Below, piece by piece: positions 43,601 to 52,844 of a stretch of 64,000 nt of DNA. The DNA is from a bacterium (lineage in GTDB: Bacteria > Zhuqueibacterota > QNDG01 > JAFGCO01): positions 207-64,206 of the forward strand of contig JAFGGN010000062.1 in assembly GCA_016930535.1 (NCBI GenBank), read 5' to 3'. The position numbers and the translations under genes are program-made. Below the pieces are notes generated by a model. It was given only the letters and a program-made list of their open reading frames with translations, made no database searches and had not been told where the DNA came from. How positions within the stretch are numbered: position 1 is the first letter of the stretch; every line of letters begins with the position of its first letter.

Positions 43601-44021
43601 TTATTCGGACCGGCGCATTTCCGCACATCATGTTCAGACGGAGGTTTCGTTCAGGCCGAGGCAGCAAATCGAGCTGGCTCTGAAGAATCAGGTCCGCGTG
43701 GCCCGCGACGATGTGCCCGATCCCGCGACCAAAGCGTCCTCGGTTTTCTGGATGCCGCGCGTGACTTACGCGCTCCGGGGCCGGGGCAATCTGCGTGCGG
43801 AGCTGGAAATCGGCGAGGTCGCCGCGAAACCTGCCGGCCGGGCGCTTCCCTACGAGATGCTGGGCGGGGATCAGCCGGGCACCACGGTCCGCTGGAACAT
43901 GCTGATGACGTACCGTCTGTCCGGGCATGTTATGGCCACACTGAATTACCGGGCAAGAAAGGAACCCTGGCGCGACAAGGTGTATCACACGGGCCAGGTC
44001 GAGGTCAGGGCGTTCTTTTAA
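40584..44021 (+). CDS. Large hypothetical outer-membrane protein (1145 aa)
   Basis: Signal-like N-terminus, alternating beta-strand pattern over the C-terminal ~750 aa, C-terminal aromatic (RAFF). Confidence 0.7.
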   Translation: MGKTCRRWFLKRPGDIRTGILLLFTVMLHAQNGMFDPAFHSMHVTAYEDTIRLPHRFILPNSLRISIGELPVEPSSYRLDSLAGTLVFQVSPDSGSTLFIRYRHLPFLIPPSLRHFTMTDIARLDSLNVANAQQRFQGRSTSVSRETEFNDLALKRSGSIFRGITVGTDQGMRLQSGLRLQISGQVVPGVDVTASLTDQNTPIQPEGNTQTLQEIDKVFINITARSFRATLGDFNFDTGPSGFGSYSRKLQGIMGRAENPAGSLTLIGAASRGQFTTNHFQGAEGNQGPYQLTGIQGQKDIIVLAGTERVWIDGESMVRGEDNDYVIEYGTGQIVFTRNRLITGDSRIAVDFEYSDLKFQKSIYGAVGELRLWDERFRFRTSFLRESDDKENPLDITLTDTYRERLANAGDNADSASTSGAEVVGTGKGSYVRAESGGEVYYRYVGSNEGDTAVRFTYVGEGQGDYSFQGYGFYRYEGKGGGSYISALQLPMARAHQVMNLISEISLVEGVTLSGEFGVSDLDMNLYSAKDDGDNTDRALETELRVRRRPVQLFSRNLGVFDMTGRIRHVGDRFRPVGRMTEVEYGRKWGTEEGVFWGEDLWEMEGTYSPYRNWNLGCEFGDFKRGPFRSSRKMVYTETNPEKWAKIRIRSEWIDSENTGQGSGAWTRNKGSIEQPLGMFTLYAGYEGENRRNQNPDSTWTGFRFDEITGRFEVHRAWMTASLDEILRNQKKIQPGTRTRVLEKESEARTHKAQCTLSPGTGFSTTLMYTRRDRDYEDPASEDQRVDLAGMKMRFGPGKKWMDAQLNYQFSSTQVSELVRDTIQVQTGLGNYRLDALLGELVPDPDGDLLLRMIQTGRFTPVNDLKAGAELGFDGSRLWRRPAAWQAPMAMLRGRTLIHVERRDSERDFLNVNRKSLSPQWGRDSTLVQAMISFQQDVEIQPEAGRYSVRFRLKRNDSENNQLLNENLVRMVREKGVRIKGQPVQALGIQTEYTYLTDHKTYATRSYSDRRISAHHVQTEVSFRPRQQIELALKNQVRVARDDVPDPATKASSVFWMPRVTYALRGRGNLRAELEIGEVAAKPAGRALPYEMLGGDQPGTTVRWNMLMTYRLSGHVMATLNYRARKEPWRDKVYHTGQVEVRAFF

Positions 44022-44032
44022 GAGCAGGTGCT

Positions 44033-45793
44033 ATGCAACGGATTTTAAAAACCATATGGCTGACAGGCCTTCTCATGACGGGCGCATCCCGGGCGCAGAC
44101 ACAGCCCGTTGTGCGGGATGTACGCGTCCATGGCGCCGGGCAGGTACAACCCGCCGACCTGGTCAGGGCAGCCGGACTGACACTCAGACAGCCCTGTTCG
44201 ACGGTATGGCCGGATTCGGTGCTCATGCGCATGATGCGGTATGTTCAGTCCCTGGGATTTTACGGGGCCGGAATCGATTCGTTCCGTGCGGTGTATTCGG
44301 CCGATTCATCCAGGGTCGTTTTCGACATCTGGCTCTCTGAAGGAAAAGCGGCAAAAACCGGAACGCTGGTCATGCAGGGCCTGGATTCCACGGTTGTCCG
44401 GGATCTCCGGCACCTGCTGCCGCTTCGGGGCGGCACCCGGTTTTATCCGGACATGCTCCGGGAAACCATGGACCAGATCCTCGTTTATATGGAAAATCAC
44501 GGCCATCCCCTGGCCGAGGTCCGCATCGGCCGGCTGGATTACGATGATGTTGAAGCGACTGTCGATATCATCCTTCATGTGAACCGCGGCCCGCCGGTGA
44601 CCATCGGTTCGTTCAGCATTCAGGGCAACAGCGTGACAAAGACGGCCGTGATTCTGAGGGAAATCCGGTTGAAACCGGGCACGCCGTACCGTCATGATCA
44701 GATCATGCGCCTGAACGAGGACCTCCTAAGGCTCGGCTATTTCGAATCCGTGGATCCTCCGGATGTGCTTTTTTTCGACAATCAGGCGCTTATCACCGTT
44801 TCCATTCGGGAGGGTAATCCCAATACGCTGGACGGTGTGGTGGGTTATACGCCTTCCAACGATCCGGACAGGCCCGGGTATTTTACCGGGCAGCTGCATT
44901 TTCTGTTCAGGAACCTGTTCGGTACGGGACGCTTTTTCGAGGCATTCTGGGTGAAGAAAGACAGGGATTCCCAGGCCATGCGTTTCGGATACGAGGAACC
45001 GTGGTTTCTGGGCCGGCCCGTGCATCCCGGCATTTACTTCACTCAGGAGATCCGTGATACCACGTATGTGGACCGGGGATGGCGCATCCGCATCCGGTAC
45101 ACGCCGTGGTCCGTGTTTTCCCTGTTTGCCGAGGGCGGGCAGCGTGAGATCCTGCCCGATTCGCTCGGCAGCGTGCTGCAGGATCTGGCGCAGACCAAAT
45201 CGTGGGTCGGCACCCTGGGCCTGGATTATTCCACGTTCGACGATCCGCTGAATCCGCGCAGGGGAGTGAGGTACAGAACACTGGCCTCCTTCGGCCGCAA
45301 ACGCAACCTGGGCCCCGCGTTTATGGATACGCTGCCGGACTGGAAAAAACCGGTGAACACGCGCCATATTCAGATCGATGCGGAATTCGTGCTGCCCGCT
45401 TTCGGGCGGCAGGTCCTGTTCCTGGGGCTTCACGGTCAGGAAGTGAAAAGCGGCACGGCCATCGTTCCGGTAAGCGAGCAGATCCGTTTCGGCGGAACCG
45501 GTACGCTCCGGGGCTATGCGGAGGACCTGTTCCGCGGCAGCACCGTGGCCTGGGCCAATATGGAGTACCGATATCTTCTGAGCCGGCGATCGAGGGTCTT
45601 CGTGTTCGTAGATGCCGGCATGTTTCAGCGCCGCGAGCGCGACCGCGGCTGGGTGAGGGATCAGAAAACGGGCTATGGTCTGGGTGTGCGCATCGAAACC
45701 CGCCTGGGCGTGATGGGTGTGGACTACGGCCTCGGCGAGGGGGACGGCCTGATGCAGGGCAAGGTGCACGTGGGGCTGATGAACCAGTTTTAA
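44033..45793 (+). CDS. Omp85 (BamA/TamA-like) POTRA-domain outer-membrane protein
   Basis: POTRA motifs (IQGNSVTKTAVILREI..PG..Y; LGYFESV), RFGGTGTLRGYAE, DYGLG, C-terminal F. Confidence 0.85.
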   Translation: MQRILKTIWLTGLLMTGASRAQTQPVVRDVRVHGAGQVQPADLVRAAGLTLRQPCSTVWPDSVLMRMMRYVQSLGFYGAGIDSFRAVYSADSSRVVFDIWLSEGKAAKTGTLVMQGLDSTVVRDLRHLLPLRGGTRFYPDMLRETMDQILVYMENHGHPLAEVRIGRLDYDDVEATVDIILHVNRGPPVTIGSFSIQGNSVTKTAVILREIRLKPGTPYRHDQIMRLNEDLLRLGYFESVDPPDVLFFDNQALITVSIREGNPNTLDGVVGYTPSNDPDRPGYFTGQLHFLFRNLFGTGRFFEAFWVKKDRDSQAMRFGYEEPWFLGRPVHPGIYFTQEIRDTTYVDRGWRIRIRYTPWSVFSLFAEGGQREILPDSLGSVLQDLAQTKSWVGTLGLDYSTFDDPLNPRRGVRYRTLASFGRKRNLGPAFMDTLPDWKKPVNTRHIQIDAEFVLPAFGRQVLFLGLHGQEVKSGTAIVPVSEQIRFGGTGTLRGYAEDLFRGSTVAWANMEYRYLLSRRSRVFVFVDAGMFQRRERDRGWVRDQKTGYGLGVRIETRLGVMGVDYGLGEGDGLMQGKVHVGLMNQF

Positions 45794-46084
45794 AGGAATT
45801 CCGTAATTCAGCATCCGTGATGCTGCACTACTTGATTCATCTGTTGGGATTGTGGTGCAAACGGTTTCTTCCCGCAGCATCTGTGCATCGTCGAACCATG
45901 TCATCCCCCCGATACGGCATCATCCTTCAATATGCAGAATTCCATTTGATTTTTACTCACTATTTTGGTATTATTCCGCTGTTCGATATACTTTCCCTGA
46001 TGATTGACATCATTTGCTGAAATTGACACCTGCCGGTCCCTGTGAATTTTCTACTTTTTTACAGATAATCAGCGAGGTGCTGCA

Positions 46085-46900
46085 ATGATACATCATACTA
46101 TTGTCTTTCAGATCCTTGTTTTCTGCCTTCCTGTTTTTATCGGTTCGGCCCATGCCGGTCAGCAGGATTCGAATCCGCCCGGAAATGAAAACACGGATTT
46201 ATATCAGAAGGACCGGGTTCAAATGGGTAACTGGAGCCTGGGGTGCGGGATACAGTGGTTCAATTCGCAATCGGGAAAGGCCTATTCAAAGGCGTTCAAA
46301 CAGGCGGGATTCACAGGATGCCATTTTGATTGGTTTACAGCCTATGCGACTGACGAACTGGACGAAGAAAGAGGGGATTTCAGGCGGTATTACTTCATCG
46401 AACGTCAGATTAACGCATATCTTTCTGCAGGAGGGCTTTTTACGAAATTTTACGGAATGGAAGTGATCGGTTATGACCTAGGGCACGACACGGAAATTCA
46501 TGCGATTGATGATGGAGAGGGATATTATCTGTATGCACTCGCCCGCAAAGAACGAATCCGTTCACGTTCCGTTGTACAGGCCCTTCAGGCCGGATGCGGC
46601 GCAGGAGTCGCACGGATCAGGTTCAGTGAAAAAGTCGACAACTGGCATTTATGGGATTCTGTTAAAGCCGCAGGTCCGGAATATGCGCGTTGGGTGCCTT
46701 CCGGTTTCATCACATGCGGTTGTCAGACGATTCTGTTCAGAACCATTATTTTAGGATTCGATGTTCATTACTGGTATGTTGTACCGGTCAGGACCGGCGG
46801 ATTCACCATCGATTATAACGGAATCCCCTATCAGCTCGATGAGCAGAAAATCGATTTCGGCGGATGGGGCTATGGGGTCGTGATCGGACTCCGGCTTTAA
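46085..46900 (+). CDS. Hypothetical outer-membrane beta-barrel-like protein
   Basis: Signal peptide, aromatic-rich strands, ends YGVVIGLRL. Confidence 0.6.
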   Translation: MIHHTIVFQILVFCLPVFIGSAHAGQQDSNPPGNENTDLYQKDRVQMGNWSLGCGIQWFNSQSGKAYSKAFKQAGFTGCHFDWFTAYATDELDEERGDFRRYYFIERQINAYLSAGGLFTKFYGMEVIGYDLGHDTEIHAIDDGEGYYLYALARKERIRSRSVVQALQAGCGAGVARIRFSEKVDNWHLWDSVKAAGPEYARWVPSGFITCGCQTILFRTIILGFDVHYWYVVPVRTGGFTIDYNGIPYQLDEQKIDFGGWGYGVVIGLRL

Positions 46901-46994
46901 TGACGGCGTCGGGTGACTCCGGTGAATGGGGAAGATTGGATTATGAGGTTGTTTTCGATTGCGCAGGGTTTATGACAATTGAAACAATTAATCG

Positions 46995-47023
46995 TTGACA
47001 TTGTATATACAATCGGCTATATT
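46995..47023 (+). promoter_or_regulatory. TA operon promoter with overlapping palindromic operator
   Basis: TTGACA(46995)-17 bp-TATATT(47018); perfect palindrome ATTGTATATACAAT (47000-47013). Confidence 0.7.
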
Positions 47024-47029
47024 TGAAAA

Positions 47030-47305
47030 ATGAATATCCTATGGGATAAAGATAAAAATGATTGGCTGATGTCAAACCGGGGTGTCTCATTTGAGGAGAT
47101 TTCCGATATAATATTAAATGAACAGGATTTAATCATACTTGATAACCCGGCAAGGAAGAATCAACAATATTTTGTAATCGGGATCAATAACTATACCTGG
47201 GTCGTTCCATTTATCATGAACGAAGATAATGATATTGTTTTGAAAACAGCATTTCCAAGCAGAAAATTTCATAAAAAGTACGGTGAAAACAATGAAATCA
47301 TTTAA
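47030..47305 (+). CDS. BrnT-like (DUF497-type) type II toxin
   Basis: WDKDKNDWL..NRGVSFEEI; ..LKTAFPSRK..K.Y pattern; AT-rich; overlaps the downstream partner. Confidence 0.75.
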   Translation: MNILWDKDKNDWLMSNRGVSFEEISDIILNEQDLIILDNPARKNQQYFVIGINNYTWVVPFIMNEDNDIVLKTAFPSRKFHKKYGENNEII

Positions 47306-47591
47306 ACTGACAGATGAAGAAAAAGCGATAGAACAACATATTGATAATTTGCGGCCGGTTTCAGACGCGAAGAGAAGAAAAATAGAGAAAATAATTTCTC
47401 AGGCAAAAAAAAACAAATCGATCAGCCTTAGGATTTCAAGTTATGATCTGGAAAAAATTAAAGAAAAGGCCTGTCTTGAAGGGATCCCCTATCAGACATT
47501 GATAAACTCAATTCTTCATAAATACATCACGAATCAATTGCTTGATAAAGAACAGATCATTAAATCTGTAAAACTGATAACCGAGTCCTGA
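47283..47591 (+). CDS. Cognate antitoxin with CopG/RHH-like DNA-binding motif
   Basis: KSISLRISSYDLEKIK..A..GIPYQTLINSILH. Confidence 0.75.
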   Translation: MKTMKSFKLTDEEKAIEQHIDNLRPVSDAKRRKIEKIISQAKKNKSISLRISSYDLEKIKEKACLEGIPYQTLINSILHKYITNQLLDKEQIIKSVKLITES

Positions 47592-47716
47592 CACTTGAGT
47601 GACCGGTTCACTCAATCACGTGGTTTGCCTGAATTCGGATATTTTACGCCATATGCGTGCGGAATGCTTGAGGGAGTTCGGGCATGCATGTTTTCCAAAC
47701 CTTCAAAGGGAGATAT

Positions 47717-48916
47717 ATGAAATCGATTCATATCCCCATCCTCATCTTGATAACCGCATCGGCGGTCATGGCCCAGACGAGCGATAAAAGGCTTGCAGTC
47801 AACGCCATGCAGCTGGTCCAGGGCTATGTGACCGAATCGATCGGCGGTCAGGGAATCGGCGGCTGTACAGGCGTTCCCGTATACAATATCCCGGCCGGCA
47901 ATCCAGCGGCGATCCGGAATTTCGACAGAATTATCGCAGGCATAAGCTGGCAGTTCGAATCCGGCATTCAGCCGGCCTGGATCGAAGGGATCGGTTATGA
48001 ACGGTTATATCCGGCACTTCCCCAGTCGTTCGGGGTCGTGATTCCGGCCGGTCGTTTTCGTGTCGGGCTGGGGATGAGCCAGTCTTACAATGGACGTATG
48101 GATATGGCGCCGATGGAAGTGACGACTGTATCGCAGCCGGAAGGCACTGGTGAAACGTTCACGGCCAGCAGTTCCGATCTCCTGATCCGTTATTCAGTAC
48201 TGATGTCCTGTAAACTGGGGCATGGTGCCCGGTATGATCATGGATGGAGCACGGGCATCACATGCAGTTATAACCGGCTGAATATAGAAGACAAGATCTT
48301 TCATTCCTCGATGAAGGCGGCCACGGGCGATTTCGGTTGGACCTTCGGACTGCATTACAGGGACGCGGACCGGTTTCAGGCCGGCGTATTTTACGAATGG
48401 AACCCGGCATTTGAGGACGTGGTCCAGTATGACGGCCCGGACATGATGATACAGACCGATCCGGATCCCACTGTCGCAGGCAACAATCAGGCCGTTAATG
48501 CCGCTTTAACCACGACCTGTTATCTCGACAGCAAGTTCCCGGACAGACTGCATATCGGATTCGCCTGCAGGCCGGTTCCCGTTTTCGGACTGTCATTCGA
48601 TCTGGCTCATGTGTACTGGAACCAGGTCTCGGATCAGTACAAAAGTCATATCGATCTGGCCGGGAATGTCACTGCCGACATTATCCCCGCATTGGCCCTG
48701 ACCATCGGATTCCTGTCCACGGACCGGCGTACCGGGGGGGATCTTGACCGTTATTTCGATGTCAACGGCAAACTGTCCGCCTTTTTCCTTCTCACCGGAA
48801 TCCGGATCAGGCTGCCGGGTTTTTACCTTGATGCCGCCTATGTGACCAATATAAACGATTCGGCCGTATGGCGCGATCAGCATATTTTCAAAACAGGTAT
48901 CGGTGTAAAATTTTAA
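47717..48916 (+). CDS. Outer-membrane beta-barrel protein (FadL/OmpP1- or PorV-like)
   Basis: Signal peptide, N-terminal IGGQGIGG..NPAAI plug motif, C-terminal TGIGVKF. Confidence 0.65.
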   Translation: MKSIHIPILILITASAVMAQTSDKRLAVNAMQLVQGYVTESIGGQGIGGCTGVPVYNIPAGNPAAIRNFDRIIAGISWQFESGIQPAWIEGIGYERLYPALPQSFGVVIPAGRFRVGLGMSQSYNGRMDMAPMEVTTVSQPEGTGETFTASSSDLLIRYSVLMSCKLGHGARYDHGWSTGITCSYNRLNIEDKIFHSSMKAATGDFGWTFGLHYRDADRFQAGVFYEWNPAFEDVVQYDGPDMMIQTDPDPTVAGNNQAVNAALTTTCYLDSKFPDRLHIGFACRPVPVFGLSFDLAHVYWNQVSDQYKSHIDLAGNVTADIIPALALTIGFLSTDRRTGGDLDRYFDVNGKLSAFFLLTGIRIRLPGFYLDAAYVTNINDSAVWRDQHIFKTGIGVKF

Positions 48917-48938
48917 TTTTTATTTTCGGGAGTAAAAT

Positions 48939-49586
48939 ATGAAAAAAATGCTATCCGAAGAGGACCGCGGCCGGCTCGACGGTCTCGTCGCCGGCGCGGA
49001 AAAACGGACGGGCGCGGAAATCGTGCTCGCCGTCACGGGACGCAGCGACAATTACGCAGAACTGCCGTGGAAGGCATTCGCACTGGGCGCATCCCTTGCG
49101 GGTCTGGCCGCGATCGCCCCGGACTGGCTGGTGCCGGACTGGACCCCGCGCGTGACCGCGCCGCTGGCCGCGCTGGTCATACTCGTCACGGGGACGGTTT
49201 TTGCATTGCTCGCCGTGCTGATCCCGGCATTCGCCAAACGGTTTCTGACAGCGGACCGCGCGGATACGGAGGTCCGGCAGTATGCGGAATCCCTGTTCCT
49301 GAACCGCGGGCTGTTCGGTACGAGCCGCCGCAACGGCGTTCTGCTGCTCGTGAGCCGGTTCGAACGCAAGGTGGTGATTCTTCCCGACAAGGGGCTGGCG
49401 GATGTGCTGAGCGAAACCGTGCTCGGGAGCGTGATCGCGTCCATGGTTCCGTTTCTGAAGCGGAACGATATACACGGAGCGTTCGAAACCGGTCTGGACC
49501 ATCTGTGCCGGATTCTGGGAACCGGGGAAAAAGGAACGGGTGAAAATGAACTGCCGGACGGTATTATCGAGGAGAAAGGCGTATGA
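48939..49586 (+). CDS. TPM-domain membrane protein
   Basis: AEKRTGAEIVLAV; TSRRNGVLLLVSRFERKVVILPDKG. Confidence 0.8.
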   Translation: MKKMLSEEDRGRLDGLVAGAEKRTGAEIVLAVTGRSDNYAELPWKAFALGASLAGLAAIAPDWLVPDWTPRVTAPLAALVILVTGTVFALLAVLIPAFAKRFLTADRADTEVRQYAESLFLNRGLFGTSRRNGVLLLVSRFERKVVILPDKGLADVLSETVLGSVIASMVPFLKRNDIHGAFETGLDHLCRILGTGEKGTGENELPDGIIEEKGV

Positions 49587-50530
49587 AGACCTTCAAATAT
49601 ATGCTGCTGCCGGTCGTGGTTCTGGGGGTGACGGTGGTTACCGGAACGAACGTCCCCTATCTGACCGGCCGGGTGACGGACAATGCACAGATCCTCTCGT
49701 CCGAAACGAGCCGTATGCTGACGGAACGCCTGAGGGATCACGAAAACCGCACGGGCAACCAGATCGCGGTGCTCACGGTTTCGTCGCTGGACGGGGAGGC
49801 TGTCGAAGATTATGCACTCGATGTCTTTAATGAATGGAAGCTCGGTCAGAAAGACCGGGACAACGGAATATTAATCCTTGTGGCGCCCAATGACAGGCGC
49901 ATGCGCATCGAAGTGGGGTACGGACTGGAGCCGGTCATGCCCGATGCCATGGCGGGCCGGATCATCCGGGGCATCATGACCCCCCGGTTCAAGAACGGGG
50001 ACTATGACGGCGGCATCATGGAGGGAACCCTGGCCGTCATCGATGTGCTGGAAGGGGGCACACTGTCTGAAACGGCGGAGGAGACGGCGTCCGGAAACGG
50101 CTCCGGGGGTCTGCATTTCGAGGGCCCGGACCTGTCCATCATGGAACGCGTGCTGATCGGCTCGTTCATTTTCGGCATTATCGGGCTCTTCACCGTGATC
50201 GGTATTCTCACACCGGGTGCGGGCTGGTTTCTCTATTTCTTTCTCATCCCGTTCTGGGCCATGTTTCCGATCGTCGTGCTCGGTGTCCGGGGGGCGTTCG
50301 TGCTGCTCTGCATCTATATCGTCGGTTTTCCGATCGCGAAACTGATCGTGAAAAACACCAAATGGTACAAGAAGGCAGGAAAGAGCCTGCGCACCAAGGG
50401 CCGGGCCTCGATCGGCGGTTTCAATTTCTCGTCGGGCAGTTCGGGCGGTTCCTGGTCCTCGGGCAGCTCGGGCGGATTTTCGGGAGGCGGCGGCTCGTCA
50501 GGCGGGGGCGGGGCATCGGGAAGCTGGTGA
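49583..50530 (+). CDS. TPM-domain (YgcG-like) protein with Gly/Ser-rich tail
   Basis: GRVTDNAQIL, WKLGQKDRDNGILILVA.NDR.MRIEVGYGLE, FSGGGGSSGGGGASGSW. Confidence 0.88.
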   Translation: MKTFKYMLLPVVVLGVTVVTGTNVPYLTGRVTDNAQILSSETSRMLTERLRDHENRTGNQIAVLTVSSLDGEAVEDYALDVFNEWKLGQKDRDNGILILVAPNDRRMRIEVGYGLEPVMPDAMAGRIIRGIMTPRFKNGDYDGGIMEGTLAVIDVLEGGTLSETAEETASGNGSGGLHFEGPDLSIMERVLIGSFIFGIIGLFTVIGILTPGAGWFLYFFLIPFWAMFPIVVLGVRGAFVLLCIYIVGFPIAKLIVKNTKWYKKAGKSLRTKGRASIGGFNFSSGSSGGSWSSGSSGGFSGGGGSSGGGGASGSW

Positions 50531-50723
50531 GCATCCGTTCCGGAAGTCCGGACCTGGTGTGAAGACATGGGGACTCAATCTGGGAATATATGAAATTGAT
50601 GTTTCCCCCTATGTTTCCCCGTAACCAGGTTCATAAATAATTGATAATAAAAATGATAAGATTATGAAAATATGCATACTACGTAGTATGCACCGGTGTA
50701 TCGTCCATGAACAGGAGGCAACT

Positions 50724-52757
50724 GTGAAAAAACGTCTGATGATCACTGTACTGATGACCCTGCTGGTCGCGATGTCCGCATTTGTCCGGGCGGCCCAGAG
50801 CGAAACCCCGGATCAGAAGGATGCCCGAATGCAGTGGTGGCGGGAAGCGCGTTTCGGCATGTTCATTCACTGGGGCATTTACTCGGTTCCGGCAGGCATT
50901 TACCACGGCGAGAAGATTGTCGGCATAGGCGAGTGGATCATGAACAATGCCAGGATCCCGGTGGAGGAATATGCAGGGTATGCAAAGCAGTTCAATCCTG
51001 TCAAATTCGATGCGGATGCATGGGTGCAGCTTGCCGGGCGTGCGGGCATGAAGTACATCGTGATCACGTCCAAGCATCACGACGGATTCGCCATGTTCGG
51101 TACCAAGGCCAGTCCCTACAATATCATGGATGCCACACCGTTCAGGCGGGATCCGCTGAAAGAGCTGGCGGCTGCGTGTAAAAAACACGGCATCAGGCTG
51201 GGATTCTACTATTCCCAGGCCCAGGACTGGCATCATCCGGGCGGATCCGCCATGGGCGGCCACTGGGATCCGGCCCAGGACGGCAGCATGGATGCATATA
51301 TCGAAAAAGTCGCCATACCGCAGGTGAAGGAAATACTGAGCAATTACGGAAAAATTTCCGTGCTGTGGTGGGACACGCCGTTCGGCATGACGCATGAACA
51401 AACCGCCCGGTTCGTACCGCTGCTCGATCTGCAGCCGGGCATTATCACGAACAACCGGCTCGGCAGCGGATTCGAGGGAGACACGGAGACGCCGGAGCAG
51501 TTCATTCCGGCCACGGGCTACGGGGACCGCGACTGGGAAACCTGCATGACCATGAACGACACCTGGGGATACAAGTCCACGGACCATAACTGGAAAAGCA
51601 TCCGCACTCTGATCTTCAATCTGTGTGATATCGCCTCCAAGGGCGGAAATTATCTGCTCAATGTCGGTCCCACGGCCGAGGGCCTGATTCCGGAGGCTTC
51701 GGTCGAACGGCTGGAAGCCATCGGCCGGTGGATGGCCGTGAATGGAGAGGCGGTTTACGGCACACAGGCAGGACCTTTTAACGTGTCGCCGTGGGGCAAA
51801 TGCACACAGCAGCCCGCTGGCGAATCCGAAAACGGCATCACCCGGCTCTATCTGCATGTGTTCAACTGGCCGGAAGACGGTCCGCTGACCATCTCCGGTC
51901 TGAGCAACCGTCCGGCCGGAGCGTTTCTCCTGTCGGATCCTGAACGGTCCGCGCTTTCGATTGCACGGAACGGGGATGCCGTCGAAATCGGCGTGCCGGC
52001 CCAGGCCCCGGATTCGATCTGCAGCGTGGTGGTGCTGGATATCGAGGGTATGGCCCGGGTAACCGATCCGCCGGTTTTCTCCAATACGGTCACTATATTT
52101 ACGGATTCGATCGATGTGCTGGCCAAAAGTGATTATCCGGAACTGGAACTGAGGATGTCCACGGACGGCCGCGTTCCGGATGCGGATGCTCCGCCCGTAC
52201 AGGGGCCCGTTACCGTCAGGGAGACGTCCACGGTCATGGCCAGGCTGTTCAAGGACGGCCGGCCGGTCAGCGGAACCGCCCGTATCCAGTTCACGCGGGT
52301 CACGCCGGCTCCGGGCGTGAGTCCGGCCGATCCGGTCCAGGGTATACGGTGCCGGTACTACGAGGGCGACTGGGACGTCATACCGGATTTTACGGCCATG
52401 CAGGCATCGAAGGACGGCATCTCGGCCAATTTCGGATTGTCCGCACGCGAAAAAGACGACAGTTACGGATTTCATTATCAGGGATTCATACAAATTCCGG
52501 AGGACGGCATCTACACCTTCTTCACGGAATCCGACGACGGCAGCCGTCTCTGGATCGGGGATAAACCCGTTGTGGACAATGACGGACTGCATGCCATGGT
52601 GGAAAAGTCTGGCTCAGTCGCCCTGGCTGCCGGGTATCATGCCATTGCCGTCTCCTTCTTCGAAAAGGGCGGAGACGACGATCTGAAGGTTTCCTGGCAG
52701 GGGCCGGGTATTGAAAAGGGGCCGGTGCCGGATTCGGTGCTTTTTACTGAAAAATGA
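50724..52757 (+). CDS. GH29 alpha-L-fucosidase with C-terminal FN3/chitobiase-like and PA14 domains
   Basis: WWREARFGMFIHWG, SKHHDGF, LWWD nucleophile, WETCMT, YLLNVGP; PA14 (SDDGSRLWI..VVDNDGLH); GTG start after AGGAGG. Confidence 0.9.
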   Translation: MKKRLMITVLMTLLVAMSAFVRAAQSETPDQKDARMQWWREARFGMFIHWGIYSVPAGIYHGEKIVGIGEWIMNNARIPVEEYAGYAKQFNPVKFDADAWVQLAGRAGMKYIVITSKHHDGFAMFGTKASPYNIMDATPFRRDPLKELAAACKKHGIRLGFYYSQAQDWHHPGGSAMGGHWDPAQDGSMDAYIEKVAIPQVKEILSNYGKISVLWWDTPFGMTHEQTARFVPLLDLQPGIITNNRLGSGFEGDTETPEQFIPATGYGDRDWETCMTMNDTWGYKSTDHNWKSIRTLIFNLCDIASKGGNYLLNVGPTAEGLIPEASVERLEAIGRWMAVNGEAVYGTQAGPFNVSPWGKCTQQPAGESENGITRLYLHVFNWPEDGPLTISGLSNRPAGAFLLSDPERSALSIARNGDAVEIGVPAQAPDSICSVVVLDIEGMARVTDPPVFSNTVTIFTDSIDVLAKSDYPELELRMSTDGRVPDADAPPVQGPVTVRETSTVMARLFKDGRPVSGTARIQFTRVTPAPGVSPADPVQGIRCRYYEGDWDVIPDFTAMQASKDGISANFGLSAREKDDSYGFHYQGFIQIPEDGIYTFFTESDDGSRLWIGDKPVVDNDGLHAMVEKSGSVALAAGYHAIAVSFFEKGGDDDLKVSWQGPGIEKGPVPDSVLFTEK

Positions 52758-52844
52758 ACGGGGTGAAATATCCATCGTATTTCTCTCCAAAAGGGGTTCC
52801 TGATTTTTTGTGTTGGTTTTCATCCGTTAAGGAAGGTTTTCCGG

